This document shows, one piece after another, positions 1 to 15,297 of a stretch of 64,000 nucleotides of DNA. The number at the start of each line of letters is the position of its first letter. Position 1 is the first letter of the stretch. The notes beneath the pieces are model-generated. The model saw only the letters and a list, made by a program, of their open reading frames with translations. It ran no database searches and was not told the origin of the DNA. The translations under genes and the position numbers were made by a program. This DNA comes from Octopus vulgaris (lineage: Eukaryota): NCBI GenBank assembly GCA_951406725.2, contig OX597831.1, positions 13,640,001-13,704,000 on the forward strand. The letters are read 5' to 3'.

Positions 1-1444
1 AACTTAATCTTTTATTGACAATGTTGAAAAGGCATTAAATAAATAAAAGCCAAATTTTTTTATACGTGTCAAAGCGATGCTATTTTTGAAGCGAATTTTG
101 ATAATGAAATTTGCTTCTTTTATGAGAAACTTGTGTTTGTCTTTTGGTATAGACATTCTAAATTTGGGGTCGAAGGTTTTAGATAAACATGTATGTGTAC
201 CATATTCAACAGACAGGAGTAAATTAACGTCCTTCTTTTTTATACTTGTTATATATGAAAAAAAAATGAAGATTGCTCACGTATATAAAGTGATGAAAAC
301 TGAAAAAGATAATTCTTTGAACTATCTCGTCGCGGACGAGGCTAGAGACCACTGTATCATAAGAGATTATACTGAATGAATAAAAAAAAGGGTCCTACAA
401 ATTCAGATGGCGATTGGCAGAAACATTGTGAGACAGAATATCATAAACCTGAGGGAAACAAGACGGTGGGTGTGAGATTCAGAGAACAACAATTCGAGGA
501 ACGAAACAGGAATCCTAACTGAAAAACGATGTGTCTAGGGAAAGAAGCGGCAGAGATGTTTAAATGTCTTGACAGAGGGTGTTAGAGTAGAAATTTCACC
601 AGAACAATGCGATTTGAAGTACTTATAGGAAAGAAAACGAACATGCATTTCAACAATGAAACAAAAATCACAACGTATTCGAACGAAGAGGCCACAAAGT
701 ATTAAAATCTCGATTCTGAATTCGAGAAAACAAGTTAACACATTCAGAAGAAGTACCAGCACAAAGATAAGAACAATATTCGATGCAAGAGTTTTACCTC
801 CCAAAAATACTCTCAATTGATAAGAGACTTTTGCTGAAGAATGGAAAATAATGCTCGATTTTATTTACTAATTCTTCTAAATAGGTTTTAATAAGACTTG
901 AAATTTACTGACAAACGTCTTCACTCTAAAGCCCCGGCTCTAAACATTTCAAAATTTCTTTTCGCAACAGGATTTTGTTTTTAAAGATCCAGGTCCCTTC
1001 TGGAATCAAGAATCACATCCCCTGGGACTTACAGTGACTTTCTTTAGCGAGTTCATTTCATGAAAAATTCCTGCTTCGCTGAAAAGCCTCTCCAACGATT
1101 TTTGATCGTCAAAACCCTTGACAAACGCCGGCTTCTTGATTATTTCCTGAAAAGTAATCATGCAGTTCATCTTTCGGCTCAACCGATTTATAATTCAATG
1201 ATTAACATCCTATTGTATATTGTTAACCCTGTATTATATTTCCTCTGATTTGTATTCTTCCAGATGTCGAAAAGTTCTTGAAGTATGATTGAATATATGT
1301 ACATGAAACTCATACAAAGCACCACACTGCCATCTGTTGACTTGTAACCACATAAGAGCGATCAACAAACACTGATAGTATTGCATCTGCACTTATGCTT
1401 CCTGTACTTCTGCAGCTCCTTTTCAACATCACATTAACGATACG

Positions 1445-1614
<170 letters not shown>

Positions 1615-2097
1615 GAAGAAGAAGAAGAACATGCCTCCTCATTGATATGACTGTCCCAATCGATATAAACGTATCTGTCAAGACCTACCAAAACCTGAGC
1701 AAATATTAAGATCTTGAAATAGAAATCAGCAAAATGTGGAACCTGAAGACTAAAACAATACCTGTTGTCATAGGTGCCCTGGGAATGATAGCAAAAGGGG
1801 CTGATTGCCACCTAATTCAGATACCAGGAAACCCCAAAATGGCAGAAATTCAAAAGATAGTGCTCATGGGAACTGCTCATATCCTACGCAAAATACTTTC
1901 TATGTAATCTCAAGATTTAAAACACACATAATTTTCGTATGTTTTTTTTTAGACATTCACTAGTACAACACTAAATACAAAACCAAATATATGGCACACT
2001 AGGCATAACAACAACACGAACTTCCAACCTGTTGTCTCTTGAGGTCTCTGGGTGAGACTTGGAGCCAACTTGTACAAATATAAAGCAAAAGTCAAAC

Positions 2098-2163
<66 letters not shown>
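1615..2163 (+). mobile_element. 3' end of R4/Dong-like RLE non-LTR retrotransposon with 3'UTR and (TAA)n tail
   Basis: Translation CLLIDMTVPIDINVSVK..KY*DLEIEISKMWNLKTKTIPVVIGALG..IQKIVLMGTAHILRKILSM* matches the C-terminal RLE region of R4-clade LINEs; flanked by (TAA)n on both sides. Confidence 0.88.
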
Positions 2164-2164
<1 letters not shown>

Positions 2165-2899
2165 CTAAAAGCAATTTCCTTTTGTCATGAGAAACATCTA
2201 TTAATATACTTTGAGACACACTAATCAAAACACACCTGCATTCTTTACTTCAGGTGTGGTAGAATTCTTCAAGTTGTGATAGAATTTCCCTTTAGGGATT
2301 ATATTTATAACTGACATGAAGGAGGCTTAGAAGAGACAACCAAAATTATTACTTTTAATGATGGAAAGAAAGCAAATATACTCTTCTCATATTTAGAATA
2401 TGAAAAGATATATAAGCTAGCCTATTGAACAGCGACATTTTTGATTGAGAAATCTAATGAAAGAATTTCCAATATAGACGCCGTTATCTCTCACAGTCTG
2501 TCATTCTGAAAACAGTGAGAAAGACTTGCAGTTGCGACCGGCATATTAGAAAGTTGACAGATATTGAAAGCTTGGAGATAATGTAATTTATCAACAGACT
2601 TATGTAATGCAGACATTGCTTACTTAACCAATATAAACGAGTTACAACCAGAATCGCTCTCTCCCTCTCTCTTTTTCTCCCTCTCCCTCTTTCTCTCTCT
2701 CTCTCTTTCTCTCTCTGCTCACCAACGTCTGCTTCATTTTGGTTCTCTCTCTAACGTTACTTCTTTCTTATCCTCCTTATCATCCTTTGTAGCAATCTCA
2801 GTTTTTATGTATTTATAATATTGGGCGATTCTTCCGATTTCCAGCTCGTTGGTTCTGCTCTGACACATAAATATTTTCGTTTAGTCAAAGCCTGTAATT

Positions 2900-3850
2900 T
2901 TAAGATCCATTAGAGTAAAGAATGATTTGGATCGTGCGCTTGTTAACGAGATGGGACAGTGACGTAGAAGAGCGCTGTTCCTTTGCTTAAATTGATGCAA
3001 ATAACATTTGTAACGGGTTTTGAAATGGTTCGCAATGCGATCTCTATAATCCCCTTTTTAATACCAACCAAGATGCACAATAAATAAGTGATCTTATCGG
3101 TTAAGGAGAGGGATTTTTTGATAGCAACAATTTGCCCTTTGAGGTAAAAGATATACAGATCTGTGTACTTCGGTTGTAGAATGTGATCTAGAAAGCAATG
3201 ATATCGAAGAATAAGTAGTAGACTTTAATGATATGAGTGTTGATGTAGCGATGGAAGGTGTTGTCAATCAAGAAGCAGAAATTTCTATGTTCGAATAATA
3301 TATTAGATTAAATCAGCTTATTTTCCTCTGCATCCCCCACTCTTGTATAAAGGCAGTTTCCATTTTTTACACAATCGGAATTCAAATGTTATGAGAATTA
3401 CTTTTTGTCTTAATGTTTACATTGCTAAATGTAGTAATTTCTCTCGCAAAATTTGATGCTTACGAAAGAGATCCTTGTTGATTGAAGGATAGAAGTCTCC
3501 TATATTGAATTCAGTAACACTACAGGATTGAATGCCTTAATGGACGGCTGTTGTGCTGTAAGGTTAAGCTCCTAGATTTAATAACGTCGTAAATAAGTTT
3601 AATGCCTGTTCTGAAATTGCTTCTGGATATGTTGTTTAATTTATATTTTTATGTTGGAGCGTCAATTCGCCTGATAATTGGGTAATGTAAGGTGTGCGCA
3701 TGACGAGGCATCCCCCGTGATCTTGTCCTTGTTGTTAGGAAAGTTGTTCCTTCTCTTTTATATTAGTAGATTCCATTGTGATGAGGTGTGTTTTGTTGCA
3801 AAGTATTCGGACGAAGGGTACTTTTTCAAGTGCTATAGGTAATTATATAA
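2900..3850 (-). pseudogene. Highly decayed Penelope-like reverse transcriptase fragment
   Basis: Minus strand near 3480-3515 reads EFNIGDFYPSINKDLF, resembling the PLE RT motif FDIxDFYPSI; other motifs are only faintly recognisable and frameshifted. Confidence 0.35.
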
Positions 3851-4178
3851 TGTTTTCTAAAATTATCTAAGGTTGTCTATAGATCTCATCTTCTATAACA
3901 TGGCGCTGAGGTCGGATGTGAAGATTTTTGAGGTCCTCCATCTGGGTGCAGTCCCTTGATTTGGGTGCACTACGGCTTTTTGTATACCAGTGCCCTAATA
4001 ATTCTTGACATCTCTGGTGATACTCTTCATCAGAGACTAGAAGAGAAGCGTAGACAAATGAAATGGGAGGAAAGATAAGGAGAAATCTACACCAGCAATG
4101 AAGACGGATGTTCGCATGACATGTCTATTACGGTGGAATTACTCGCTTTTTTTAAAGGATTGGCCATTGAAAATATAT

Positions 4179-4179
4179 G

Positions 4180-4274
<95 letters not shown>

Positions 4275-4277
4275 CTC

Positions 4278-4324
<47 letters not shown>

Positions 4325-4330
4325 TTGTGT
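4179..4330 (+). repeat. Compound (TCTA)n/(TA)n/(TG)n microsatellite
   Basis: Directly visible. Confidence 0.95.
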
Positions 4331-4496
4331 ATGATGGGCTTCTTTCAGTTTCCGTCTACCAAATCCACTCGCAAGGCTTTGGTTGGCTCGAGGCTATAGT
4401 AGAAGGCACTTGCCCAAGGTGCCACACAGTGGGACTGAACCTGAAACCATGTGTATGGTAAGCAAGCTACTTACCACACTACCTCTTCTGTGCCTA
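4331..4496 (-). mobile_element. tRNA-derived SINE family A, 5' half
   Basis: Matches the 5' half of the 18808-19192 copy; B-box-like GGTTCAGTCCC on minus strand. Confidence 0.85.
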
Positions 4497-4527
4497 CATT
4501 TATATATATATATGTACGTATACATAC

Positions 4528-4595
<68 letters not shown>

Positions 4596-4817
4596 CTTAG
4601 AAACAGTCTGACTCAGCGCCCATGACTTAGGTGTTGCAGGCGAGTAAACTGTGCATGAATGGACATTTACCACACGCCAACCAATCATCAAGTCTTGCGG
4701 AACTGAGTCAACCAGTCATTAACAATATATGCAACGACTACCAAATGTGTTGGTGCGTGAGTGCTCTTTATTTTCACTTTCTCACTGACTCGTGTGTGTG
4801 TGTGTGTCTATATGTGT

Positions 4818-4878
<61 letters not shown>

Positions 4879-4901
4879 ACTGCCAAATATACATGTATAT
4901 A

Positions 4902-5800
4902 CGAAGTCTGATCAATAAGTATCCGGCCTGTTACTACAGTAACAGAACTATAACACGTACCAATTTGGCATTTAATCTCCTTCAGTGTACGAAGCCACAC
5001 ACTTAATCCAGCACTGTTTCGATCGATGGAAGCATTCCTGGAACTCGTTTTCTGGGAGAATCAGCAGCTGCCTCGTCTCATTCAGTTTGATTTCCTCAGC
5101 GAACTGAAATCCTCCTTTCAAGCAGGATTTCGTTTTTGCAAAAAGGGAAAAGTCGCAGGGAGTGGGATCTGGGGAATAAGGTGGTTATCGAATCCGAACA
5201 ATGCTGTGTGTAGCCAAAAACTACAGCACAAACTGCGCTGAATGGACAAGTGCGTTGTCATTGTGCAACTGCCACTCACCGGACTCGTGCAGTTGTGGCC
5301 TTTTCCGACGAACAGCATCCCACAAACGCCGCGAAACATCACGGAAGTAATCCTTGTTTACTGTCTGTCCAGGTGGAGCGTACTCATAATGAACAATCCC
5401 CGTGTAGTCGAAGAAAACGGTCACATTGTTTCGACTTATTCGTGCTTTCTTCGGTCACGGAGAAGTTGGGCTCTTCCAGTGTGAAGACTGAGCCATTGAC
5501 CCACGATTCATCACCCGTTATAACCGTTTTCAAAAAGTTTTCATCGTTCTGGACACAATTAAGGAGACCTTGTGCAGCATTTTGGTCTGTTGAAAGTTGT
5601 TTCGGCACAAACTTGGCAGACATGCATCCTATAAGGCAAACTTCAGCGATAATGGACTGATCAGAACCGCAACTAATCTGCACATCCTCTGACAACTCAG
5701 GGTTGGTGATTCGACGATTTTCCTTCATAGCTGCAAGCACATCTGCAATGTTTTTCTTAGTTCTGCTGGTTGCGATCTCCTAGAACGCTCGTCACTATCA
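4902..5800 (-). mobile_element. Decayed mariner (DD34D-type) transposon, one TIR retained
   Basis: TA + TIR CGAAGTCTGATCAATAAGTATCCGG at 4902; motifs VITGDESWV, MTVFFDYTGIVHYEY, LHNDNA in shifted frames; 5' part truncated. Confidence 0.9.
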
Positions 5801-5956
5801 CGGAGTAGATAAAACCGGGGACAACTGACGAAGGGAATGTTCTTTATGTTGTATGCCTCGTTTCTCCATTTGTTCATGTCTTTTTTATATCCTGTACCCA
5901 TATATGCATGTACATATACATATATATGTAGGCATGTTTATGTATATGTGTATATG

Positions 5957-6017
<61 letters not shown>

Positions 6018-6029
6018 AATATATATAAG

Positions 6030-6071
<42 letters not shown>

Positions 6072-6092
6072 CATACATACATACATACATAC

Positions 6093-6170
<78 letters not shown>

Positions 6171-6285
6171 TGATAGATAGATGAGATGGAGACCTCTATC
6201 TTTTTGAATCACCAGAAATTTAAAAATTAAAGGAGTTTTAGCGTCCAAAAAAGACTCCGTTATTCTTTATCATGTATGGAGTATA

Positions 6286-6377
6286 TAATAGAACCTCGGT
6301 TTACGAACGCCTCTGATCACAAATAAATCGTGTCTTACATATATCTATCTATCTATCTATATATCTATCTATCTATC

Positions 6378-6420
<43 letters not shown>

Positions 6421-6467
6421 CACGATTTTTTCGCTTTCAGAGTTGTTCCGGAACTGAGGCACTACAG
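6286..6467. mobile_element. pogo/Tigger-like MITE remnant with internal microsatellite
   Basis: Degenerate TIRs TAATAGAACCTCGGTTTACGAAC / GTTCCGGAACTGAGGCACTACAG with TA flanks. Confidence 0.45.
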
Positions 6468-6869
6468 TATTTTCTTCGTCTCTCTACAAAATCGTTTACT
6501 AATCAATATGTACGATGTGTATGCGTGTGTGTTTGTGTGTATGTGTATATGTGTGATTCTGCGTCTGTGTGTGTGTGTGCGACAGACACTCATTTATTTC
6601 TTATGTTTACCATTCTGTTACTTCATACATTCCATTACATCTATCAATATTTATCATTCATATATAGACTCTTGTCTTAAGTGTATCTCATACTATTAAT
6701 ACTTCTAACTTAGAAAGAAAATAAAATCAAAATGAAGACAAAGCTGTGTATTTGCCGAGTGGCGGCATAATGTGTACTTAAAACGAAATCTAGTTCTACC
6801 ACGGATTTCCCGCCAGCCATACTGAATTACAAACATTCAGTGATGAGGCAGACGTGAAAACAACACTAA

Positions 6870-6998
6870 CATCAACAACAACAACAACAGAAGCAGTAAC
6901 AACCATCACCACCACCACCACGTCAACAACAACAATGATAATAATAATGAATATTACCTCTACTACTACGACGACTACTACTACAAATAATAATAATG

Positions 6999-7056
<58 letters not shown>

Positions 7057-7135
7057 GGATGATGATAATGATGATGATGATGATGAGGATGATGATGATA
7101 ACAACAACAAAAATAACGAAGAAGAAGAAGAAATG
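6870..7135 (+). repeat. Compound trinucleotide microsatellite (AAC/ACC/ACT/AAT/GAT/GAA)
   Basis: Directly visible. Confidence 0.93.
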
Positions 7136-7382
7136 TGTAAACACAGCAGATATCAAGTAAAAAAATTAGTTTTTGGTAATAATGATAATTTCTATTTTTT
7201 ATTAGCCACGAGGGATCGCGATCGATGAGTTTCCAAAACTAAAAAACTTTTACTAAAGATGGAAAAAAACCGTTGAGAAAAAAGAACAGGTTTACACGTT
7301 GCAAAGAGACGGGCAAGGGTTGTTATATAATATATGGAAAGATGAAGAATTTTCAAGGTGCACGTAGTCGCGCACACACCTT

Positions 7383-7449
<67 letters not shown>

Positions 7450-7505
7450 ATAGATAGATAGAAAGATAAATAGACAGACAGACAGATAGATAAATCGATA
7501 GATAA

Positions 7506-7579
<74 letters not shown>

Positions 7580-7649
7580 GATAGATAGATAGATAGATAG
7601 ATAGAGATGACTAAGAACTCCAAAAGCTATTTTTATTCTCTCTCTCTCT

Positions 7650-7738
7650 TTATTTTCTCTTGTTCCTCTCTGTTGAAGAGCATATGCTCGAAACGTAAAA
7701 GATGTTATCACCTTCCTGAGCGTTAAACTAATACACCT
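7650..7738 (+). mobile_element. Penelope-like pseudo-LTR fragment
   Basis: Homologous to 23013-23162, which abuts a PLE RT fragment. Confidence 0.7.
7666..7701 (+). ncRNA. Minimal type I hammerhead-like motif, core CUGUUGA
   Basis: CTCT-CTGTTGA-A-GAGCATATGCTC-GAAAC-GTA-AAAG; helix I has one mismatch. Confidence 0.55.
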
Positions 7739-9241
<1,503 letters not shown>

Positions 9242-9843
9242 TATATGGAATCTGAGCAAAAAAAGGTAACTAGTAACTTTAGCTGTGGCTGTCCAGTTTT
9301 AGCGGCGAATAAACACTGCCTTGGGCTTGTTAATGCTGACTGCTTTCATACCGTGGGAGTTTATGTCAGCACCGATGAATACTAACTGTGAAGAACAGAT
9401 TCTCTGAAAATGACATACAAAATAATTAATGTAACTAATGAAACAAGAAAAATAAAAGGCAAAAGACAAGCATACAGCTGTCCTAATTACACTGATTGCA
9501 AGGCAATCAGCATCGTCCTTCATGCAAATTATATCTTGAGGCGAGAAGCGATGTAGCAGCATCAACAGTAATGACTGTAGTAATAAGACTAATTACACTG
9601 ATGATGATGATGGTGGTGGTGGTGGTGGTGGCAGTGGTTGTGGTGGCAGTGGTTGTGGTGGTGGTGGTGGTGGTGGTGGTGACAGTGGTGGTGATGGGGG
9701 GACGACGGTGGTTGTGGTGGTCATTATGATTATGATGATGACGAAACTATTTTGATCGTAAAGTGCAAACTGAAAGCTAACTGCAAATAATTATATACTA
9801 AGGAAATATAACCAGTTTCAGTAATAATAATAATAATAATAAT

Positions 9844-9899
<56 letters not shown>

Positions 9900-10202
9900 T
9901 AATAATGCTGATGATGATGGTGATGGTGATGGTGGTGGTGAGGATGATGATGATGTCTAGTGAACACTGCAACAAGTATGGAATAGCAAATGGACACTTT
10001 GCAACAAGTATGGACTGTGCATTGGATAATGCAAAGTATGATAATGCAAAGATCCTATGGGATTTTATGATTCAGTGCGACCATGAGATAGAGAATAGGA
10101 AGCCAGACGTTAATTGAGAAAGAAAACAAACTATGCTGGATCATAGAGATAGCATGCCCAGCTGACAACAAGGTATGCGATAAGGAAGAAAGAAAAGTCG
10201 AG

Positions 10203-10494
10203 AGAAAATGGATTGAACGACACTCCATAACTGATAGCACTACAATTTCTTCCATACATCATGACACACCTAGTATACTCTTTTACTCTTTTACTCTTTT
10301 ACTCTTTTACTCTTTTACTCTTTTACTCTTTTACTTGTTTCAGTCATTTGACTGCGGCCATGCTGGAGCACCACCTTTTTAGTACTTATTCTATCGGTCT
10401 CTTTTTGCCGAACCGCTAAGTGACGGGGACGTAAACACACCAGCATCGGTTGTCAAGCAGTGCTAGGGGGACAAACACAGACACACAATCACAT

Positions 10495-10550
<56 letters not shown>

Positions 10551-10762
10551 GACAGGCTTCTTTCAGTTTCCGTCTACCAAATCCACTCACAAGGCATTGG
10601 TCGGCCCGGGGCTATAGCAGAAGACACTTGCCCAAGATGCCACGCAGTGGGACTGAACCCGCAACCGTGTGGTTGGTTAGCAAGCTACTTACCACACAGC
10701 CACTCCTTGGTGAGATAATATATTTACACTGCTTTGGATTTTGATTCTTATTCTGAGTGACA
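10203..10762. repeat. Short (~125 bp) unclassified interspersed element, here carrying a SINE A insertion
   Basis: 10203-10276 plus 10707-10762 align to the uninterrupted copy at 13444-13575. Confidence 0.75.
10277..10706 (-). mobile_element. SINE family A with tail expanded into an 8-bp (ACTCTTTT)n array
   Basis: Near-identical to 18808-19192; A-box TGGCTGTGTGG and B-box GGTTCAGTCCC on minus strand. Confidence 0.9.
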
Positions 10763-11048
10763 TGACAGGTTAGCATGGGAAGTTAAGCAGTTGTGGTCGC
10801 TGAAAAAGGTGGTAGTAGTACCAATAATTGTCGGAGCCCTGGGAACAGCAAGCAAAAATCTTGAGAAATACATGGGACAAATAGGGGCTGCAATAAGAGT
10901 GGAGCACTTGCAGAAAACAGCACTGCTTGGAACCGATCGAATACTCCGGAAGGTGCTCGAAAAATAAGAGGTGTTACCTAAGTTTACTGGTATAGAACAG
11001 CTAACACCATTGTACATCTCCAGCGTTAGAAACTGTACAACTATATTA

Positions 11049-11177
<129 letters not shown>

Positions 11178-11814
11178 TGATGATGATGATGATGATGATG
11201 ATGGGGTTTTCTAGGGGGGATGACCTCCCTTTGCAAATATCATAAGGGCACAGAAATTGTGTCTAAGGCCAGCTGGAGACGTCGATCTCCTGGGGCTAAA
11301 AGCGTCAGTAACACCCACCCCCAGTGGCTAGCCACATTCAGATGGCTAGTACACTTTACGTTGCCGAGCAGTTACTGTTTACATCTCGTTCGGAGATTTA
11401 ATAAAATATATACAAATACACAAAATTCACTGTTTTCAAATCACTTGACCTAAAAATGCAGACCAGTGTCTGGAAGTGTTGACCATTTCAGAATTATTGC
11501 CTGAAATAGGAGACCTAATTTATATTAAATCACACCTTCGCCGATGATACCAGAATAACAACGAAACATATTTTAATTATCTCCCTTATTTAACGTCGTC
11601 CTGAATGTTTTATGAATCGGGGTCTAAAAGCCTTTCCCGCCGCGTGATATATTTATGCATGTCTCAGTTGCCCGTTTTAACACAAGCAGCATTATGTGCA
11701 GTTGCTCTGACTTTATTTAAAGCCAGCATAACGTGTACATCATCGCCTGCACTCTTAGGTTTCTGCTATACCTAAATATCGTGCACGAAGATGGAAGACG
11801 CTTGTGATTCCTTA

Positions 11815-12121
11815 AGAAGGAGAAGAAGAAGAAGAAGAAGAAGAAGAAGAAGAAGAAGAAGAAGAAGAAGGAGAAGAAGAAGGAGAAGAAAAAGTAGAGG
11901 AAGAAGAAGAAGAAGAAGAAGAAGAAGAAGAAGAAAAAGTAGAGGAAGAAGAAGAAGAAGAAGAAGAAGAAGAAGAAGAAGAAGAAGAAGAAGAAGAAGA
12001 AGAAGAAGAAGAAGAAGAAGAAGAAGAAGAAGAAGAAGAAGAAGAAGAAGAAGAAGAAGAAGAAGAAGAAGAAGAAGAAGAAGAAGAAGAAGAAGAAGAA
12101 GAAGAAGAAGAAGAAGAAGAA
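11815..12121 (+). repeat. ~300-bp (GAA)n microsatellite
   Basis: Directly visible. Confidence 0.97.
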
Positions 12122-12795
12122 TTCAAAACTCAGAAACGCAGAAAACACATGCTCTTTCTCTAGGTATTTGATATTATCTTATTTCCAAGATAAATATTAG
12201 CTGCCGATTCAATAGCTCTCGGCGTATAAACGGGAAGGTTCTTTTTTTAAAACTTTATTTTCGGTCTAAATCAATAGAATAAACTTGAATCAGCCTGGAA
12301 GAAAGTCGAGGAAGTAATGGGTACTGCAACATCCCAATTGACTTCATCACGATGAAGAAAAAAGTAGATGACAACAGGTGATTTGGCTCTCAGATAAGTC
12401 ATTGAAAGCTAGGTGATCCGCCATGCGCTGTAGTCTTGCTTGGAATATACATGAATACACATGTATTCACACGTAATCCAAGTCAACACACACATATATA
12501 TATATATGTAGTACACACACGCACACACACAAAGATTAACTGATCAAATGTAGCTATGTGTATGTGTATACGCATGTATATATATATATATGCATATGCA
12601 CGCATGTATGCATATATATACACGCACGTGTCTATATATATACATATTTATTTGTATGAATATATACATTGTGCATATGTACATATGTATTATTTTACGT
12701 ATGTGTGGGTGTATGTGGAGACACACACGCAAAATATACAAATATATTTCAAAGATCTACTGAGATATCGCATGCCACTCTCTTAGAGTTAGTAT

Positions 12796-12829
<34 letters not shown>

Positions 12830-13024
12830 GTATGCATCTTGCGTTGTTGTTTTTTGTTTTTTGTTTTCTTGTTTGGATTAACTTTATGTATATATATATA
12901 TATATACTTATACGTATACATATATTTACATATACTCATACACACACGCATACACGCGACAACATTTATATATACATATATAAACATATAAATACATATA
13001 TATATATATACATATATATATATG

Positions 13025-13080
<56 letters not shown>

Positions 13081-13316
13081 TTTATGTATGAGTATGTGTG
13101 TGGATATGCGTGTGTTGTGAGGTAGGTAGAGCGGAGTATTTGGGAGATGACTTATTCTAAACAGCGAATAATTAAAATTGAAGTAATCCGATTAAGCTGT
13201 GTAATTTTCAATCTCACCATGTTGATAAATTGCAAAGCCTATCACATTACGGTACACACACACACACACGCACGCATACATATATAGGTACGCATACCTC
13301 CATATTTACGCAAATA

Positions 13317-13350
<34 letters not shown>

Positions 13351-13370
13351 CGCACATACATACTCACACA

Positions 13371-13409
<39 letters not shown>

Positions 13410-13443
13410 GCATGTAATTATGTATGTATGTGCGTAAAGAATA

Positions 13444-13575
13444 AGAGAAGATGGATTGAACGACACTCCATAATTGACAGCACTACAAGTTCTTCCATAC
13501 ATTATTACACACCAAGAATATTTGGTGAGATAATATATTTACACTGCTTTGGGTATTCCTTCTTGTTCTGACATG
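13444..13575. repeat. Uninterrupted copy of the ~125-bp unclassified element
   Basis: ATGGATTGAACGACACTCCATAA...TTGGTGAGATAATATATTTACACTGCTTTGG shared with 10203-10762. Confidence 0.75.
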
Positions 13576-13831
13576 GCACTATGATGTAACGCAGGACAGC
13601 AGGACTTATTCAAAATATTCACCTGAAGGCGCACTCTTTATACGTTTGATAGATGTTAGCTATGAAGCTATATTTTAATTATATCGTCTCATCAATGTAC
13701 AAGGTGTGTTACAATGTGTGGAAACGTTTGTAGTAACATGCAATAATATAGTTCAATCCATTTTCTCTCATTCATCTCTTTATATAAGCTCTATGTATTC
13801 AATAGAATTCAAAACGTATTTGGTTCACCTT

Positions 13832-13978
<147 letters not shown>

Positions 13979-14391
13979 TTGTTGGAGCATTGTTTCCATA
14001 TTTCTGCTCTCCTCATGTCCAGATGAGAAGAAAATCCTGATTCCGAAATACTGAAGAAATACGCAGTAAATCTTCCCCCTCTTCTGTTCTTCATTTGGCA
14101 TTGTTTCAGCCTAAACAGGCTTTTATGTTATTTCGTACAATATGAGATTTCAAGACATCCTTCTTCCTTTCTTCAATGCAATTTTGTGGGCTTTACTTTT
14201 CTGAAGATGTAGAATAAAACCAAAACATTTTCAGTGTTTTCACTATTTGTCTTCAAAAGCCAGGTCCACGTTTAAAACCTGCTGTCGTTTCCATTCTTCA
14301 AACATTTCGAACAATGAACTTGACCAATGAGACAACCACACTTCATTTATCTTTCAAATCCTTTCATTTTAGTATTATGCATAACTTTATT

Positions 14392-14590
14392 ATGGCGGTG
14401 AACTCGCGAAACCGTAAGCACGACGGGAAAATGCTTAGCAGCATTTCGTCCGTCTTTACGTTCTGAGTTCAAATTCTGCTGAGGTCGACTTTGCCTTTCA
14501 TCATTTCGGGATCGATAAAGTGACAGTTAAACACTGAGGTCGATGTATTCCCCCGAAATTGCTGGCCTAGTGCTAAAATTAGAAACAATT
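14392..14590 (+). mobile_element. tRNA-derived SINE family B
   Basis: GGCGGTGAACT..GAGTTCAAATTC (B-box)..GAGGTCGACTTTGCCTTTCATC; many homologous copies in the window. Confidence 0.85.
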
Positions 14591-15297
14591 ATGTTTAATA
14601 TTATAACGTAATACCTTATTTCCTAAGCTAATACATTATGGCGTGATTTGAGGAAAATATGACTGCTATTTCTGCCTGGTCGTGACCCACTTTGGTTTGT
14701 TCGTCTGACATTGAATTTTTTTAATGGTAGTTTATCCTTTCTAATATTTGTTTGCATAACATTTCGTGTCATACATCAATTTTGCAGACATAATATTTGT
14801 CTTGTAATTGCTTGGATTATCTCAAGTCATCGAAGTTTTTCAATTGACTGCATAACATATAAACACACACAGAAGTATATATATACATATATATATATAT
14901 ACATTTATATGTATATGTGTGGGTGGATGTGTATTTGTGTAGGAAATCGTATCGTATAGAACATCTACTTTACCCAATATATTATTTTTAGTATCGAGAG
15001 CCGAGCAAATATACCAATTCTATTGGGAATCGGTGTGAAAACTATCAACCTATAGATCAGAATGTTTCCCTCACATACCCACTCACCCTAACATAATATT
15101 TTGCTACGTTATTATCAATTGGGATTTGGGGCCGTCATGTCACCCATTCGTTTGTTTGGCTTTCTTAAACATTGTTCACAGATTTTTACCTACTTCCGAT
15201 ACAAGTATAATCTTAATTATTACAAGTTATCGTTCTTGTCACGTTAATTGTGTTTCGTGTCTTTCATACTTTCCTATGATGTTACTAGAATTACTCT

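Noticed and set aside
1-1430. Coding-like segment, possibly a decayed L1/Tx1 ORF1 (QRCLN..EG resembles a zinc knuckle); includes ORFs 77-379 and 535-816
   Set aside because: No diagnostic motif could be confirmed in any frame; needs BLASTx
5821-5855. ACAA-CTGACGA-AGGGAATGTTCTTT-ATG-TTGT
   Set aside because: Lacks GAAA and helix III; at most a deleted pLTR remnant
9352-9403. Possible 52-nt minus-strand exon (TTTTCAG|...|GTATGA)
   Set aside because: Splice-like signals only; no partner exons or recognisable peptide
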